A DNA stretch of 64,000 nt from a virus (Duplodnaviria > Caudoviricetes): the IMG/VR virus record IMGVR_UViG_3300029928_000005, positions 1-64,000 of that record; one strand, 5' to 3'. Position numbers and translations under genes: made by a program. The notes below the pieces were generated by a model. The model saw only the letters and a program-made list of their open reading frames with translations, did no database searches and was not told where the DNA came from. Positions 19,502 through 29,970 of the stretch are shown piece by piece (within the stretch, counting starts at the first letter, position 1; each line of letters starts with the position of its first letter).

Positions 19502-22180
19502 ATGACTAAATTAAAGATTGGACAATTAACTAATTATTGTGAAGAACCTGCTGGTAACAAAAAGTTTTATCCCGTTAGTCTTCTTCAAGCAATATATGAT
19601 GCTAGAACTGGTATTAGACTTGATAGAGTTCTTGCTAGTATTAATAGTATCTGGCTTCCTTATGCTGGTAGTTTTGGAGCTACTATGTTGCAAGTTCCTT
19701 TGAAACATAGACGTAATGGTCTTATTGTAACATATAAGGATTTGCTCGGTGTTATTAATACTGTTAGATATAAAAATATAGCTTCAAGTATTAATGATGA
19801 ACAATGGTCTAATCAATCTAATTGGGAAGGTTGGACTTTTGATAATGCTATTGAAGATTTAGCTGATGCGTTGAATGTTATCTTTAGTGATATTGATTCT
19901 TATCCTACATTTAAACAATATTTGAATGATACACTTAATCAACTTATTATTGAATATGTAGATAAAGAAGAAGTTAAACAAACTTTTGCTAATGTTCTTA
20001 CCGAACAAATCAAAGCTATCGCTAAAGAACAAACTGAAAATGTTTGGCATAATGTTACTAATTATCAAGAATTAACTGATACAATTCGTGAGGCTTGTCA
20101 AGATGCTGCTACTAATATATTTGATAATCTTGATAGTCATACTGTACTACGAAATTTGATATTAGACCATGTAGAAACATTAATGACAGATAAAGTTATA
20201 GAAGCTACTAATGAATTGTTTGCTAATCTTGATGCTTATGGTAATGTTGCTGAAGTAGTCAAAGCTGCTGTTGATAATAAGATTCATGATGTATTTTATA
20301 ATGTACTTAATTATAAAGATGTAGCTGACATAATCCGTTCGGAGTGGCAAGCCAAATTAGGCACATTAGAGACCGATGACGGCATTTGTGAACTTATTGA
20401 TACATTAGTACATGACTATATGGTCGAAGTGCTTGGTGAGCCGGAAAAGTACCAAAAAGTAGGTATTTGGTTCTCGAAATATGTTTCGCAAGCGGTAAAT
20501 CAAGTATTCAATAATGTTACTAAATATGCTGAAGTTGTTGGTACTATTGAACAAGATATTCATGATAAAGTTAAATTAGAACTTGATAATATTAAAGAAC
20601 ATACAGCTCTACTTGATGTTATTGCTAAAGCTGTTCAACAAGAAGTATGTGATACTTTCAAATTAATTAATGACAAAGATGGTTTAGGTTATTGGCTTGG
20701 TGATAAGATTAAAGAAGGTGTTAGAGATATATTTAATAATCTTAATGATTATCCTGATTTTAAATTAATATTTACAGAGTGTATTGAAAACAAACTTCAG
20801 GATGTAGTTAAGAATATTGAAAATTATCCTGCTATTCATTATTTACTTCATCAAGTAGCTAGAGCTTCTAGAACTAAGATTGTAAGTTTTAAATCTAATA
20901 ATACTTATTATGTTGATAATTTTAAAGCTTTAGTTGGTCAAGCTGTTGGCAGCCTCCCCGTAGAAGGAGTATTTGATGACGGTCATTCTATTGGAGATGT
21001 TGCAATCGTTGAATGTAAAGTACATGATAATACTAATCTTGATAATCCTTTAAATGGTTATTTGATTGGTACTATTATGAAAACTTATGATGAAGGTGAA
21101 ATCACTATTTTTGTTGAAACTGCTATTGTTAATCCTTATGATGTTAGAATTTACAATTTAATTAATGGTCTTGGTTTTAATAAGAATGGTACTTTTAGTT
21201 CATTTACTGAAGAACTTATTAAGAATTGTAAGACTAGTAAAGAAGTAATCAGTGCTATTATTGCTGAAGCTGATAGAATTAATAAAGTTATTGAACAACA
21301 AAGAATTGATTTTGAAGAGCATGTTAAAGCAGCTGATGAAAAATATCTTCATAAAGATGATATAGGCAAGGCTGGGTCAGTTCCTTCTACGGGGGATGAT
21401 AATTATGTTCATGATGAATTTATCAATCCTAAATATAATAATGTAGAATATGGAAAATATGTAGATGAAGATTGTTTTATTGATGATATTAATAATGATA
21501 AACTTCGTCCTATGCCAGATAAAATTTATGTAGATATTGAAACTGCTCTTGAATATTATTGGGATGGAAAGTATAAACCACTAAATGTACCAATTAAAAT
21601 TGGTGATGGTCATGGTCAAGCTTTTGAAGGTTGGCGTGGTAAACATCTTGAAAATGTCGCGTTAAGTCTTCCTAAGAATATTGTTACTGATATAGAACAA
21701 GCTAAACGCTTTGAAGGTTTTGTTCAAATTAAATATCGTTCTCGCACGAAGACTGACCATCAAACTTATAGCGACCCCTTTGATAGGGCTATTGATTTAT
21801 TTCCAGCAACAGAACAATTAGCTGGTGTATTAACTCCTTATGATAAATATAAACTTAATCATTTTGGCGAATTTATTTTCGATTTTATAAAAAATCATCC
21901 TGAAGAAGTTTTAGATGCTATTACTCCTAAAGGTTATCAATTTGTTGTCGTCAAGGTTAGTGATATAGATACTCATAAAGTTACTATACCTGATGGTTGG
22001 GATACTGTTAAAGTATTTGATGGAGATAAAACTCCTAGCATTTGGGAAGACCCCGATAAATATGCTAGAGTTGTTTTAGGTGTTGACCCTAATGCAACAG
22101 AAAATGATATTTATTTAAATGGACGTGAGACTATTGAAGTTCCTGATGGATATAGTCCTGTTCTAGTTAAACAACATTAA
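19502..22180 (+). CDS. Tail fibre-associated protein with internal helical repeats
   Basis: FYPVS...AIYD and VP...RR.GLIVTY modules, about 10 helical repeats, and a Y.WDG...I.IG...G.AF.G module shared with 23280..24614. Confidence 0.65.
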   Translation: MTKLKIGQLTNYCEEPAGNKKFYPVSLLQAIYDARTGIRLDRVLASINSIWLPYAGSFGATMLQVPLKHRRNGLIVTYKDLLGVINTVRYKNIASSINDEQWSNQSNWEGWTFDNAIEDLADALNVIFSDIDSYPTFKQYLNDTLNQLIIEYVDKEEVKQTFANVLTEQIKAIAKEQTENVWHNVTNYQELTDTIREACQDAATNIFDNLDSHTVLRNLILDHVETLMTDKVIEATNELFANLDAYGNVAEVVKAAVDNKIHDVFYNVLNYKDVADIIRSEWQAKLGTLETDDGICELIDTLVHDYMVEVLGEPEKYQKVGIWFSKYVSQAVNQVFNNVTKYAEVVGTIEQDIHDKVKLELDNIKEHTALLDVIAKAVQQEVCDTFKLINDKDGLGYWLGDKIKEGVRDIFNNLNDYPDFKLIFTECIENKLQDVVKNIENYPAIHYLLHQVARASRTKIVSFKSNNTYYVDNFKALVGQAVGSLPVEGVFDDGHSIGDVAIVECKVHDNTNLDNPLNGYLIGTIMKTYDEGEITIFVETAIVNPYDVRIYNLINGLGFNKNGTFSSFTEELIKNCKTSKEVISAIIAEADRINKVIEQQRIDFEEHVKAADEKYLHKDDIGKAGSVPSTGDDNYVHDEFINPKYNNVEYGKYVDEDCFIDDINNDKLRPMPDKIYVDIETALEYYWDGKYKPLNVPIKIGDGHGQAFEGWRGKHLENVALSLPKNIVTDIEQAKRFEGFVQIKYRSRTKTDHQTYSDPFDRAIDLFPATEQLAGVLTPYDKYKLNHFGEFIFDFIKNHPEEVLDAITPKGYQFVVVKVSDIDTHKVTIPDGWDTVKVFDGDKTPSIWEDPDKYARVVLGVDPNATENDIYLNGRETIEVPDGYSPVLVKQH

Positions 22181-22202
22181 TTTAATTTTAAAGTTTTTCT
22201 TT

Positions 22203-23258
22203 ATGGAAAGAAAACAATTATTTCGACTTGGCAATTCAATGATTGCCTTGTTCCCGAAAGATGCGTTGAAAGTCTTTGAGATTGACTTTGCAACTCTTTG
22301 GGCTTCTGCTAGTGCAGACCAATGGGCTGGTAGTGAACTTAACACACAGCTTTCTGCTGCTGTTAATGACAGTGCTTATTTGTCTGACAATGGTGCTCTG
22401 TTAATGGTTATGAGTCATATTCAGTCTGCTGAAAAGATTACTGATGCAGTAGTTCGTTGGGCAGTTCCTGGCGATGGTTTCATTACTGTTAAGACTTTGA
22501 CTGTTGTTGATAATAATGCTTCTCTTGTTGAAAAGAAGATTAGCAACAGCGAAGCTATAGCTTCTGAAGGTGTATTGACAGGTTACGTTAAAGCTGATGC
22601 TTATTCTGCTTTGATTCCTACTGATACATTTAATCAAGCTTATGGTAAACTTGAAGCTGGTCTTAATGCTTTGCAGGATGTTATCTTTAAGCAGTATCTT
22701 GAAGTTAATCTTCGTTCTAATGTAAATCTGTTTGAAGCTAATGTTTCTACTAAGCCTGTATTAACTATTTCAGTTAAGTTTAATGGTAAAGAAGTAACTC
22801 CTTCTACTCTTAGCTTGAAGAAAGCTGGTACGGAAGTTCTTAATACTCCTGAATCTAAGTCTTATACTGATACTACTGGTGTTTTGACTACGACTACTTA
22901 TGAAGTAACTATTAGTTATCAGGGTGTTACTAAGTCTGCTTCTGTTACAGTTCGTAGCTATTATGCTATGTACTTTGGTGGTAATCCTAATACTACACTT
23001 ACTCAGGAACAAATTCTTGATTTGAATAAGCAAACTATTAAGGCATCTGCTGCTGGTAATTATTCTATCACACTTAACAAAGCTGATTATGGTTGGTATT
23101 GTGTTCCGACTGAATTTACTATCAATAAGATGACTTCTTCTGGTTTCGATGTTCCATTGGAAGCTCCGGTTACTGTTGCAGTTAATGGTCATAATTATAA
23201 GTGTTATCGTACTTCTCAGGCTCTTGCTGCTGGTAAAATGAATGTAGTAATTTCTTAA
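22203..23258 (+). CDS. Fibre/decoration structural protein
   Basis: Y.KA......TDT.NQAYGKLE trimer-type module, Ig-like beta region, high-expression codons. Confidence 0.6.
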   Translation: MERKQLFRLGNSMIALFPKDALKVFEIDFATLWASASADQWAGSELNTQLSAAVNDSAYLSDNGALLMVMSHIQSAEKITDAVVRWAVPGDGFITVKTLTVVDNNASLVEKKISNSEAIASEGVLTGYVKADAYSALIPTDTFNQAYGKLEAGLNALQDVIFKQYLEVNLRSNVNLFEANVSTKPVLTISVKFNGKEVTPSTLSLKKAGTEVLNTPESKSYTDTTGVLTTTTYEVTISYQGVTKSASVTVRSYYAMYFGGNPNTTLTQEQILDLNKQTIKASAAGNYSITLNKADYGWYCVPTEFTINKMTSSGFDVPLEAPVTVAVNGHNYKCYRTSQALAAGKMNVVIS

Positions 23259-23279
23259 AATATAGGAGGAAATAGACTT

Positions 23280-24614
23280 ATGATTAACATTTATAATGCT
23301 CTTTGGGCTGCAACTGTTGAAGGTAAAATTGCATTTGCAGAGCAAATTTATGATAATGAAGTTAGTAAGTTTCAATCAGAAATCAACAAATTAGTTGTTG
23401 GTACTGGTGAACCTGGTGAAGAATCTCTTCCTGACCAAATTGCTGCTCTTGAAGAAAAGATTGATAATCATATTGCTGAAAAAAATCAGCCTAATGGTTA
23501 TGCTGGTCTTGATGAGAATGGTAAAATTGACCCGTCTCTTGTAGATGGTGTTGTTGGTCACGTTCTTGGTCTTGAGCAATTTGTAGCTTCTACAGCTCTG
23601 CCTGCAGCTAGTGCTGATACTGTTGGTAAATATTATTTCGTAACTAATACGAATAAGATTGCTGAAGGTGTAGGTAATGGTGCTGATGTTCCTTATGCTT
23701 GGGAATATATTGACCCGCAAAGTCAAGTTTTATATAACCGTCGTGGTGCTGACGAAAAAGGTCATGCTAATACTTTGTATCGTTGGGATGGTGCAGCTAT
23801 GGCGGCTGTTTCTGACCCGATTGCCATTGGCACTGTAACCGGTACGGCTTATGATGGTGCACAAGGTCAAGCTAACCGTGATGCTATTAATAGTTTACCT
23901 GCTAATTTGGTAGTTAAATTTGGAACTATTACGGCTGCTGCTAATGGTATTACTATCGCTTATAAAGATGCTGCTAAGGTTGAATCTTCTATGAATTTTT
24001 CTGCTGTCGCAGATAAGACTTTAAAGTTGCCTAATGCTGTAGCTAAAGTAGGTGATGGCTCTACTACTTCAGGTGCTGCCGGTCTTATGTCTCCGACTGA
24101 CAAAGCTAATTTGGATGCTTTGGTTCAAATGGCTGGTGGTACACCTGATACAGGCGATGGTACTGGTACTCCTATTACACCTGATACTGCTGATTACTTG
24201 AAGAAGTCTAATGCTGGCATTGGTGTTGTTAAGGAATATACTAAAGCTAGTGCTAAGAAAGCTATCGTAGCTAGTGATTCTATCGCTGTTGCTCTTGGTA
24301 AATTGGAATATGGTATTGATAATATCTTTGGTGGAACTGGTGAAGAAGGTTCAACTGGTGGAGATATTGTAATTCCTGATATTCCTGATGCTGATGGTAC
24401 TGAAATTCCTGTAATTGATGAACCGACAGACGATACTATTGGCTCTGATATTACTGCTGAACAGTTACCTGAAAGTGGTGATGACCTGAAGACTATTATC
24501 AAGAAACAATCACAGTTGATTGAATTGTTGAACAAGAAGATTCAGCTGTTAAATAAATTGGTACAGCCTGCTGGTTATCAATTGGTTTATGTTGAAGCTG
24601 ATGCTCAGCCTTAA
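23280..24614 (+). CDS. Fibre/decoration structural protein
   Basis: NGYAGLDENGKI, AGLMSPTDKANLD and DSIAVALGKLE modules typical of phage fibre shafts. Confidence 0.65.
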   Translation: MINIYNALWAATVEGKIAFAEQIYDNEVSKFQSEINKLVVGTGEPGEESLPDQIAALEEKIDNHIAEKNQPNGYAGLDENGKIDPSLVDGVVGHVLGLEQFVASTALPAASADTVGKYYFVTNTNKIAEGVGNGADVPYAWEYIDPQSQVLYNRRGADEKGHANTLYRWDGAAMAAVSDPIAIGTVTGTAYDGAQGQANRDAINSLPANLVVKFGTITAAANGITIAYKDAAKVESSMNFSAVADKTLKLPNAVAKVGDGSTTSGAAGLMSPTDKANLDALVQMAGGTPDTGDGTGTPITPDTADYLKKSNAGIGVVKEYTKASAKKAIVASDSIAVALGKLEYGIDNIFGGTGEEGSTGGDIVIPDIPDADGTEIPVIDEPTDDTIGSDITAEQLPESGDDLKTIIKKQSQLIELLNKKIQLLNKLVQPAGYQLVYVEADAQP

Positions 24615-24642
24615 TATATATTTTGCCTTAAGTTTTTAAATT

Positions 24643-24681
24643 AGTCTAGCAATGGCAACATTGCTGTTGCTAGACTTTTTT
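24643..24681 (+). terminator. Intrinsic terminator
   Basis: AGTCTAGCAATGGCAA / TTGCTGTTGCTAGACT stem followed by a T-run. Confidence 0.85.
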
Positions 24682-24698
24682 GTTTAAATAATTAAGAT

Positions 24699-25625
24699 AT
24701 GGATATAAAACAATTAATAACAGGTAATCCTAAAACTGGATTTTATCCTGTAACCCAAGATACAATTACAGTTATTGAATTAAATAAGTCTATAATGAGT
24801 CTTACAAATGAAAGTAGTAGTGAAGAAATCATTGCTGCTTTTGATAATCTTGAATCTTTTCAAGCACTTATCGCTGAAGTACGTAATCCTCAAAATATTT
24901 ATTCTGGTATTCTTGTTAATGAAACTTCAGAAGATAAACGAGTAGGTAAATACGAAGCTACAATTATTGCTAATACTGATGCTGAAACTCTTCATGTAAG
25001 ATGGGTTGAAAATGATAAAATTGTTACTTTAAGTATTACTAATACAGATGGAACTATGAGCTGTATTAGAAATGAAAATAATGTTGGAGGCGGAAGTGGA
25101 GACGAAACAAATATTCTTGATGATACATTTATAACATTAATTTCTAATATAGCATCTGCGTCAAAGTCTGATATATTTAATTATACATTAACTGAAGAAG
25201 AATATAATTATATTATTAATTGTATTGGTAAGAAAAATATTTTACCTAGTGATGGAGTATATCACATGTTTACTAATGTTGAAATTAATAAAATAAATTA
25301 TGAAAATATTAAAGGTATTATTATTAAATTTATAGATACTCCTACTGAAAATGCTATGTATTCTTCTAGCGTATTTATAGCTATAAATACAAATAAAGAA
25401 GTTGAAGTATTTATATATAATATAACAGGATATAGTATTGATGAAAATAAAATAAATATTCCATCAAATTATATTAATTGTTCAAAAGGGTCAGCTCCTA
25501 AAATAGATACTACTACTAGGACATCATTTGCATTATATAAAGTACTTTCTGAATCTGAATATACTGCTCTTGGTGATACTCCTCTTACTGATAATGTTCT
25601 TTATTTTGTTATTCCTAACTATTAA
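24699..25625 (+). CDS. Putative minor tail fibre protein
   Basis: C-terminal VLSESEYTALG....DNVLYFV module common at the ends of phage fibre proteins. Confidence 0.6.
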   Translation: MDIKQLITGNPKTGFYPVTQDTITVIELNKSIMSLTNESSSEEIIAAFDNLESFQALIAEVRNPQNIYSGILVNETSEDKRVGKYEATIIANTDAETLHVRWVENDKIVTLSITNTDGTMSCIRNENNVGGGSGDETNILDDTFITLISNIASASKSDIFNYTLTEEEYNYIINCIGKKNILPSDGVYHMFTNVEINKINYENIKGIIIKFIDTPTENAMYSSSVFIAINTNKEVEVFIYNITGYSIDENKINIPSNYINCSKGSAPKIDTTTRTSFALYKVLSESEYTALGDTPLTDNVLYFVIPNY

Positions 25626-25749
25626 ACAAAATACTGGTATTACTATTTGTGGTATTCTTGGTTTTACTCAAATTAAAATGACTGAAATGAAGATTGCTGT
25701 TGATTGTAATACTATTAAATTAGGTTATTAACTTTTAAAACTTTAAGAT

Positions 25750-25971
25750 ATGTTTCAAATAATTGTTGGTTGTGTGATTGCAAATGTTGTAACAATTTTG
25801 ATTATTGGTGGTGTTCTTTATTATATTTATAAAAAAAACGAAACTAAAATCAAAGAACTGAATGATAAAATAGATACTAAAGTTGATGAAGTAAAAGACA
25901 AAGTCAATACTGTCATGGAAACTATAGAATCTATTAAAGAAACTATTGATAAGTTGTCTTTTAATGGATAA
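25750..25971 (+). CDS. Small membrane protein with coiled coil
   Basis: N-terminal TM (IIVGCVIANVVTILIIGGVLYY) followed by heptads. Confidence 0.65.
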   Translation: MFQIIVGCVIANVVTILIIGGVLYYIYKKNETKIKELNDKIDTKVDEVKDKVNTVMETIESIKETIDKLSFNG

Positions 25972-25974
25972 GTT

Positions 25975-26232
25975 ATGATTAAATATAATGGAAAAGATAT
26001 TATACCTCGACTTAATGGCAAAGAATTAAGCCGAGTTATGTATAATGGAAAACAAATATATCCTAATATTGTTACTACTGATTTTTTGGAAGGAATTGAT
26101 GATTTTACAGAAAGTCCTTATTACTATATTAATAATATAACAAATTAGGATATAAATTACGATAATACTTATGCAAATTATGCTGTAAATACAGGTATAG
26201 AACCTATAAATGTATATGGTAAATTAATATAA
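25975..26232 (+). pseudogene. Small fibre-associated ORF interrupted by an in-frame TAG (not in ORF track)
   Basis: ATG25975 MIKYNGKDIIPRLNGKELSRVMYNGKQIYP...; TAG at 26146-26148; the frame stays open to TAA 26230-26232, 2 nt before the next ATG. Confidence 0.5.
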
Positions 26233-26234
26233 TT

Positions 26235-29200
26235 ATGCGTATATTTAAAGTCCGTGCTGCAAAAACTAAATATAATTATTACACTATCAATTCTGATATT
26301 GAAGGTGCAAATGTTATATTTGACGGAGAGCAAATAGGAGTTATTGAAAATGGTAAGTTTGTATGTAAGATTGAAGAAAAGACTGATATAGGATTTCATA
26401 CTGTTAAAGTTGAAAATGGTACTTTAGTAAATAAAGATACTATTTATTACTTATCTGCAAAGACAACTTTAACTATTCCTGCTGCCGGAGGTCGATATAA
26501 TTTTAATACTGATAATATTAATAGTACTAAAGTAACATATACTCCTAGTTATCCTGCTCAAACTACAATCAAAGCTAATACAGCTGTTGATTTGAATACT
26601 GTTCAAATTCCTGCAAATTCTAATGTTGGATTTACTCCAACTTATTATGATATTGCTAAAAATAATACTCTTACTGCAAAAAATCATAATGTTGAATTAA
26701 TACAAGATGAATCAGGTAAGAAAGTTATTGTTACTATTAAACAAGATGCTAATGTTAATGTAAATTATACAGTTAACTCTGATATTGAAGGTGCTGAAGT
26801 TCAATTCTCTATTAACAATAGTGATTTCACCCCTGTAGGAAACATCACTAGTGGAACATTGAACTTTAATATTCTCAAAACAGATACTGCTTCTACTGTT
26901 TATATTAAACTTGTTGGTGGTACTCTTCCTGAAACAAAAGAAACTTATATATTTGAAGCTGAAAATATTGATATATCAGCTGAAGCATGGAGTGGTAAAC
27001 CTACTATTACAAGTAGTAAAGGTATGACTACTTATTCAACGCCCGCTGTTAAGACATTAAATAATAATGTAACAACTACTACAATTAATGCTATTTCTAA
27101 TCAGCAAGATGGAGTAGCTGTTGGATATACTCCGAATGATGCTATTAATATTGAAGAAAATAAGACTACTAACGCTAAACAATATACTTATGATTATACT
27201 CAGAATGAATCTGGTAAGACATTAAGAATAACAATTCAACAAGCTGCTGGAGTACAATATCAATATACAGTTAAATATAATGTTCCTAATTCAACTGTTC
27301 TTGCTGATGGAGAAAATGTTGGTACTATAAGTAATGGTAGTTGTACATTTGTTAAATGGAATAGTGGAGCGAAGGATTCTTATGCTATATCCTTTACAGG
27401 GGGACAAATGCCTGCTTCGCCTGCTACAACTTATGCTTTTAGTGTTAGTCCTACATCTCTTTCATTTGGAGATAAAGGTGAAACTAAATCAGTAACTGTT
27501 ACTTCTACTAAGACTGTTTATACAAATGTTCATGTTACTGGTACTGTAAGTAAAGGTCAAACTGTTAATTTACAATATAAGACTAATAATCAAGTAACTA
27601 ATTCTACTTATACAAGAAGTAATTCTGGTACAGGATTAAGTGGAAGTGGAACTAATATTACATTTGCTGCTAATCCTGATAAAGTTCAACGTAGTGGTAG
27701 TGTAACATTTACTCAAGCTGAATCTAATAAGACTGCTACAGTAAATTGTACTCAAGCTGCTAAAGTTGCTTATGCTTATACCATAAATAGTAATTGTGAA
27801 GACGGTACTGTTTATTTCAATAATGTTGTTAAAGGAACTATTTCTGATGGTACATTATCATTTGAAGATGATGCTGCAAGTGGAACTGTAAGAATTAGTG
27901 GAGGTGTACCAAGTAATTCATTTGTTCAGACAGATACTGAATATGATAGTGATACAGATTATGAAGGTAATACTGATTCTGAAACTGAATATAATTTTAG
28001 TGTTCAAAGCAGTATAACTTTACCTTACAATTCAGGTTCAACAACTATTGATGTTGTATGTAATACAGGAACTAGAAATAGGTCTATGAGTAGAAGTAGA
28101 GCTATGAGTAGAAATCGTGCTGTATATACAAATTATAATTATTCTACTCCTTCTAATCAAACTGCTTATGGAGATGGTGCTGCTATAACAATGAATTATA
28201 CTTTAAGTACATCTACAAGTTATGGTTCATGGAGTTCATGGTCTTATGGTTCATGGAGTTCATGGTCTTATGGTTCATGGAGTTCATGGAGTTATAGTAG
28301 AAAAACTCCTAATGTACCTCATGGAACTGGTTCTGGAACTATTAGTAATAAAGGATATATATTTACTCCTACATCTACTACTTGTGGTAGTGGTTCTACT
28401 TCTGGATATAAAGTTAAAATAGATTATCCTGAAACAGAATATACATCACAAACTAATGATGGATATCAAAATATGAATCATCCTGATGATAGTAGTTATA
28501 GTGATAGTATTACTGTATATAGACAAGCTGCTCCTATCGAATATGTATTTAAATTTAGTGGTTCTTTAGGAACTCATAGTGCGAATGAAACTACTAATAG
28601 AAATAATTTAACTGAATGTGGTGGTAGTTGTAGGCTTATAAGTTATAAAAAAGTTGGTAATACATATACTCAATTAAGTGTATCATTTGCTTCAGGAGGA
28701 CAACCAAGTCAAGTATATGATTATTGGGCTTATGGTGATGCAGGTAGCGAAACAAATACAGGATGGGATTTTGCTATAAGTTGTAAACAATCTCCTTATA
28801 TGTCTAGTTCTTCAAATAGTAGAAGTTATACAGTTACTATGCAACAAAAAGAATCAGGAAAAACTGCTAGTATTACTATAAAACAATCTGATTATCGTTT
28901 AAATATTGGTGGTAAAACTACTGATACTTATAATCTTGATTGGAATTCTTATAGTAAAAATACTAATATTGGATATAAATATCCTACTTGTCAAAGCGGA
29001 GGAGATAATGCTAATTGGCCTACATGGATTGCTGATTCTCAAACTAGTTGGTTAGGTATGAATAATGGTCAAACTACATTTACAGGTAAGAATGGTGATA
29101 TTTTATATTGTAAAGCACTTTCTGATAATAAATCATTTAGTTCAAGAACTGGAAGTTTTACAATTGGCATTCAAGGTAAAACTGCTCAACTTAGTCCTGG

Positions 29201-29525
29201 TACATATACATTTAATGTTACTCAAAAAGCAGCTCCAAATGAATTTACTATTGATTTAAGTGCTTATTCTGGTAATGATGTTGTTATTAGTAGAAGTAAT
29301 GTAACAAGTGTAACAAGTTCTAGTACTACTGAAACTATTCCTGTTGTAGTAGCTTCAAGTGCTACTAAAATTGATGGAGTTTTAACTACAAATAATTCAA
29401 ATGCATTTGCTGCTCCATTTACAGCATATACTAGTCAGTCATTTAAAGTATGGGTAAGAAGTGGAACAGGTGGAAGTTTTAAATTAGCTAAAACTGTTAC
29501 TGTTTCTCCTGGAGGTACTTGTTAA
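26235..29525 (+). CDS. BACON/PEGA-like repeat tail or adhesion protein
   Basis: Four YT(I/V)NSDIEGA-type starts alternate with BACON-like RSGSVTFTQAESNKTATV..TQAA / Q.ESGK...I.I.Q ends. Tandem BACON proteins are known in crAss-like phages. Confidence 0.75.
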   Translation: MRIFKVRAAKTKYNYYTINSDIEGANVIFDGEQIGVIENGKFVCKIEEKTDIGFHTVKVENGTLVNKDTIYYLSAKTTLTIPAAGGRYNFNTDNINSTKVTYTPSYPAQTTIKANTAVDLNTVQIPANSNVGFTPTYYDIAKNNTLTAKNHNVELIQDESGKKVIVTIKQDANVNVNYTVNSDIEGAEVQFSINNSDFTPVGNITSGTLNFNILKTDTASTVYIKLVGGTLPETKETYIFEAENIDISAEAWSGKPTITSSKGMTTYSTPAVKTLNNNVTTTTINAISNQQDGVAVGYTPNDAINIEENKTTNAKQYTYDYTQNESGKTLRITIQQAAGVQYQYTVKYNVPNSTVLADGENVGTISNGSCTFVKWNSGAKDSYAISFTGGQMPASPATTYAFSVSPTSLSFGDKGETKSVTVTSTKTVYTNVHVTGTVSKGQTVNLQYKTNNQVTNSTYTRSNSGTGLSGSGTNITFAANPDKVQRSGSVTFTQAESNKTATVNCTQAAKVAYAYTINSNCEDGTVYFNNVVKGTISDGTLSFEDDAASGTVRISGGVPSNSFVQTDTEYDSDTDYEGNTDSETEYNFSVQSSITLPYNSGSTTIDVVCNTGTRNRSMSRSRAMSRNRAVYTNYNYSTPSNQTAYGDGAAITMNYTLSTSTSYGSWSSWSYGSWSSWSYGSWSSWSYSRKTPNVPHGTGSGTISNKGYIFTPTSTTCGSGSTSGYKVKIDYPETEYTSQTNDGYQNMNHPDDSSYSDSITVYRQAAPIEYVFKFSGSLGTHSANETTNRNNLTECGGSCRLISYKKVGNTYTQLSVSFASGGQPSQVYDYWAYGDAGSETNTGWDFAISCKQSPYMSSSSNSRSYTVTMQQKESGKTASITIKQSDYRLNIGGKTTDTYNLDWNSYSKNTNIGYKYPTCQSGGDNANWPTWIADSQTSWLGMNNGQTTFTGKNGDILYCKALSDNKSFSSRTGSFTIGIQGKTAQLSPGTYTFNVTQKAAPNEFTIDLSAYSGNDVVISRSNVTSVTSSSTTETIPVVVASSATKIDGVLTTNNSNAFAAPFTAYTSQSFKVWVRSGTGGSFKLAKTVTVSPGGTC
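28221..28292 (+). repeat. 24-bp tandem repeat x3 encoding YGSWSSWS
   Basis: TATGGTTCATGGAGTTCATGGTCT twice plus a third copy ending AGT. Confidence 0.95.
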
Positions 29526-29535
29526 ATTTATAATT

Positions 29536-29892
29536 ATGGAATTAGCAATAACTAAATTTATAGACTTATTATTTGAAAACTTTGATTTATGTTTTATGTT
29601 AATAGTGAACATAATAACATATTTTGTTATCAAAGTTATTGATACTATGAACGGAAATAAACCTGTTTCTGTTCTTGTTAAGAGATTATCTCTTGTTATT
29701 GTTGCTATTGTAATTACTATTTGTTATGGTATTGCAGGTGAATTTAATAATCAATTAATCAATAGCGTTGTACTTGCACCTGTTGCTTATAGTTGGATTT
29801 TTAGACCTATACTAATGAAACTTGGTATTGGTTATAAACAACTTGATGGTTATTTATTAATGAAAGACTGTGATACTGAAGAAAGTGAATAG
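29536..29892 (+). CDS. Putative holin-like membrane protein
   Basis: 118 aa with three hydrophobic segments and a charged C-terminus. Confidence 0.55.
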   Translation: MELAITKFIDLLFENFDLCFMLIVNIITYFVIKVIDTMNGNKPVSVLVKRLSLVIVAIVITICYGIAGEFNNQLINSVVLAPVAYSWIFRPILMKLGIGYKQLDGYLLMKDCDTEESE

Positions 29893-29904
29893 ACTATTTA
29901 TGAA

Positions 29905-29948
29905 ACTCTTTGTCGGCAATGATATTTTTATTATTATCGCCGACGAGT
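29905..29948. terminator. Intergenic hairpin (terminator-like)
   Basis: GTCGGCAATGATA / TATTATCGCCGAC stem with outer ACTC/GAGT. No + strand T-tract, so direction is unclear. Confidence 0.5.
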
Positions 29949-29970
29949 AAAAATCAAAAGTTATATTTAT

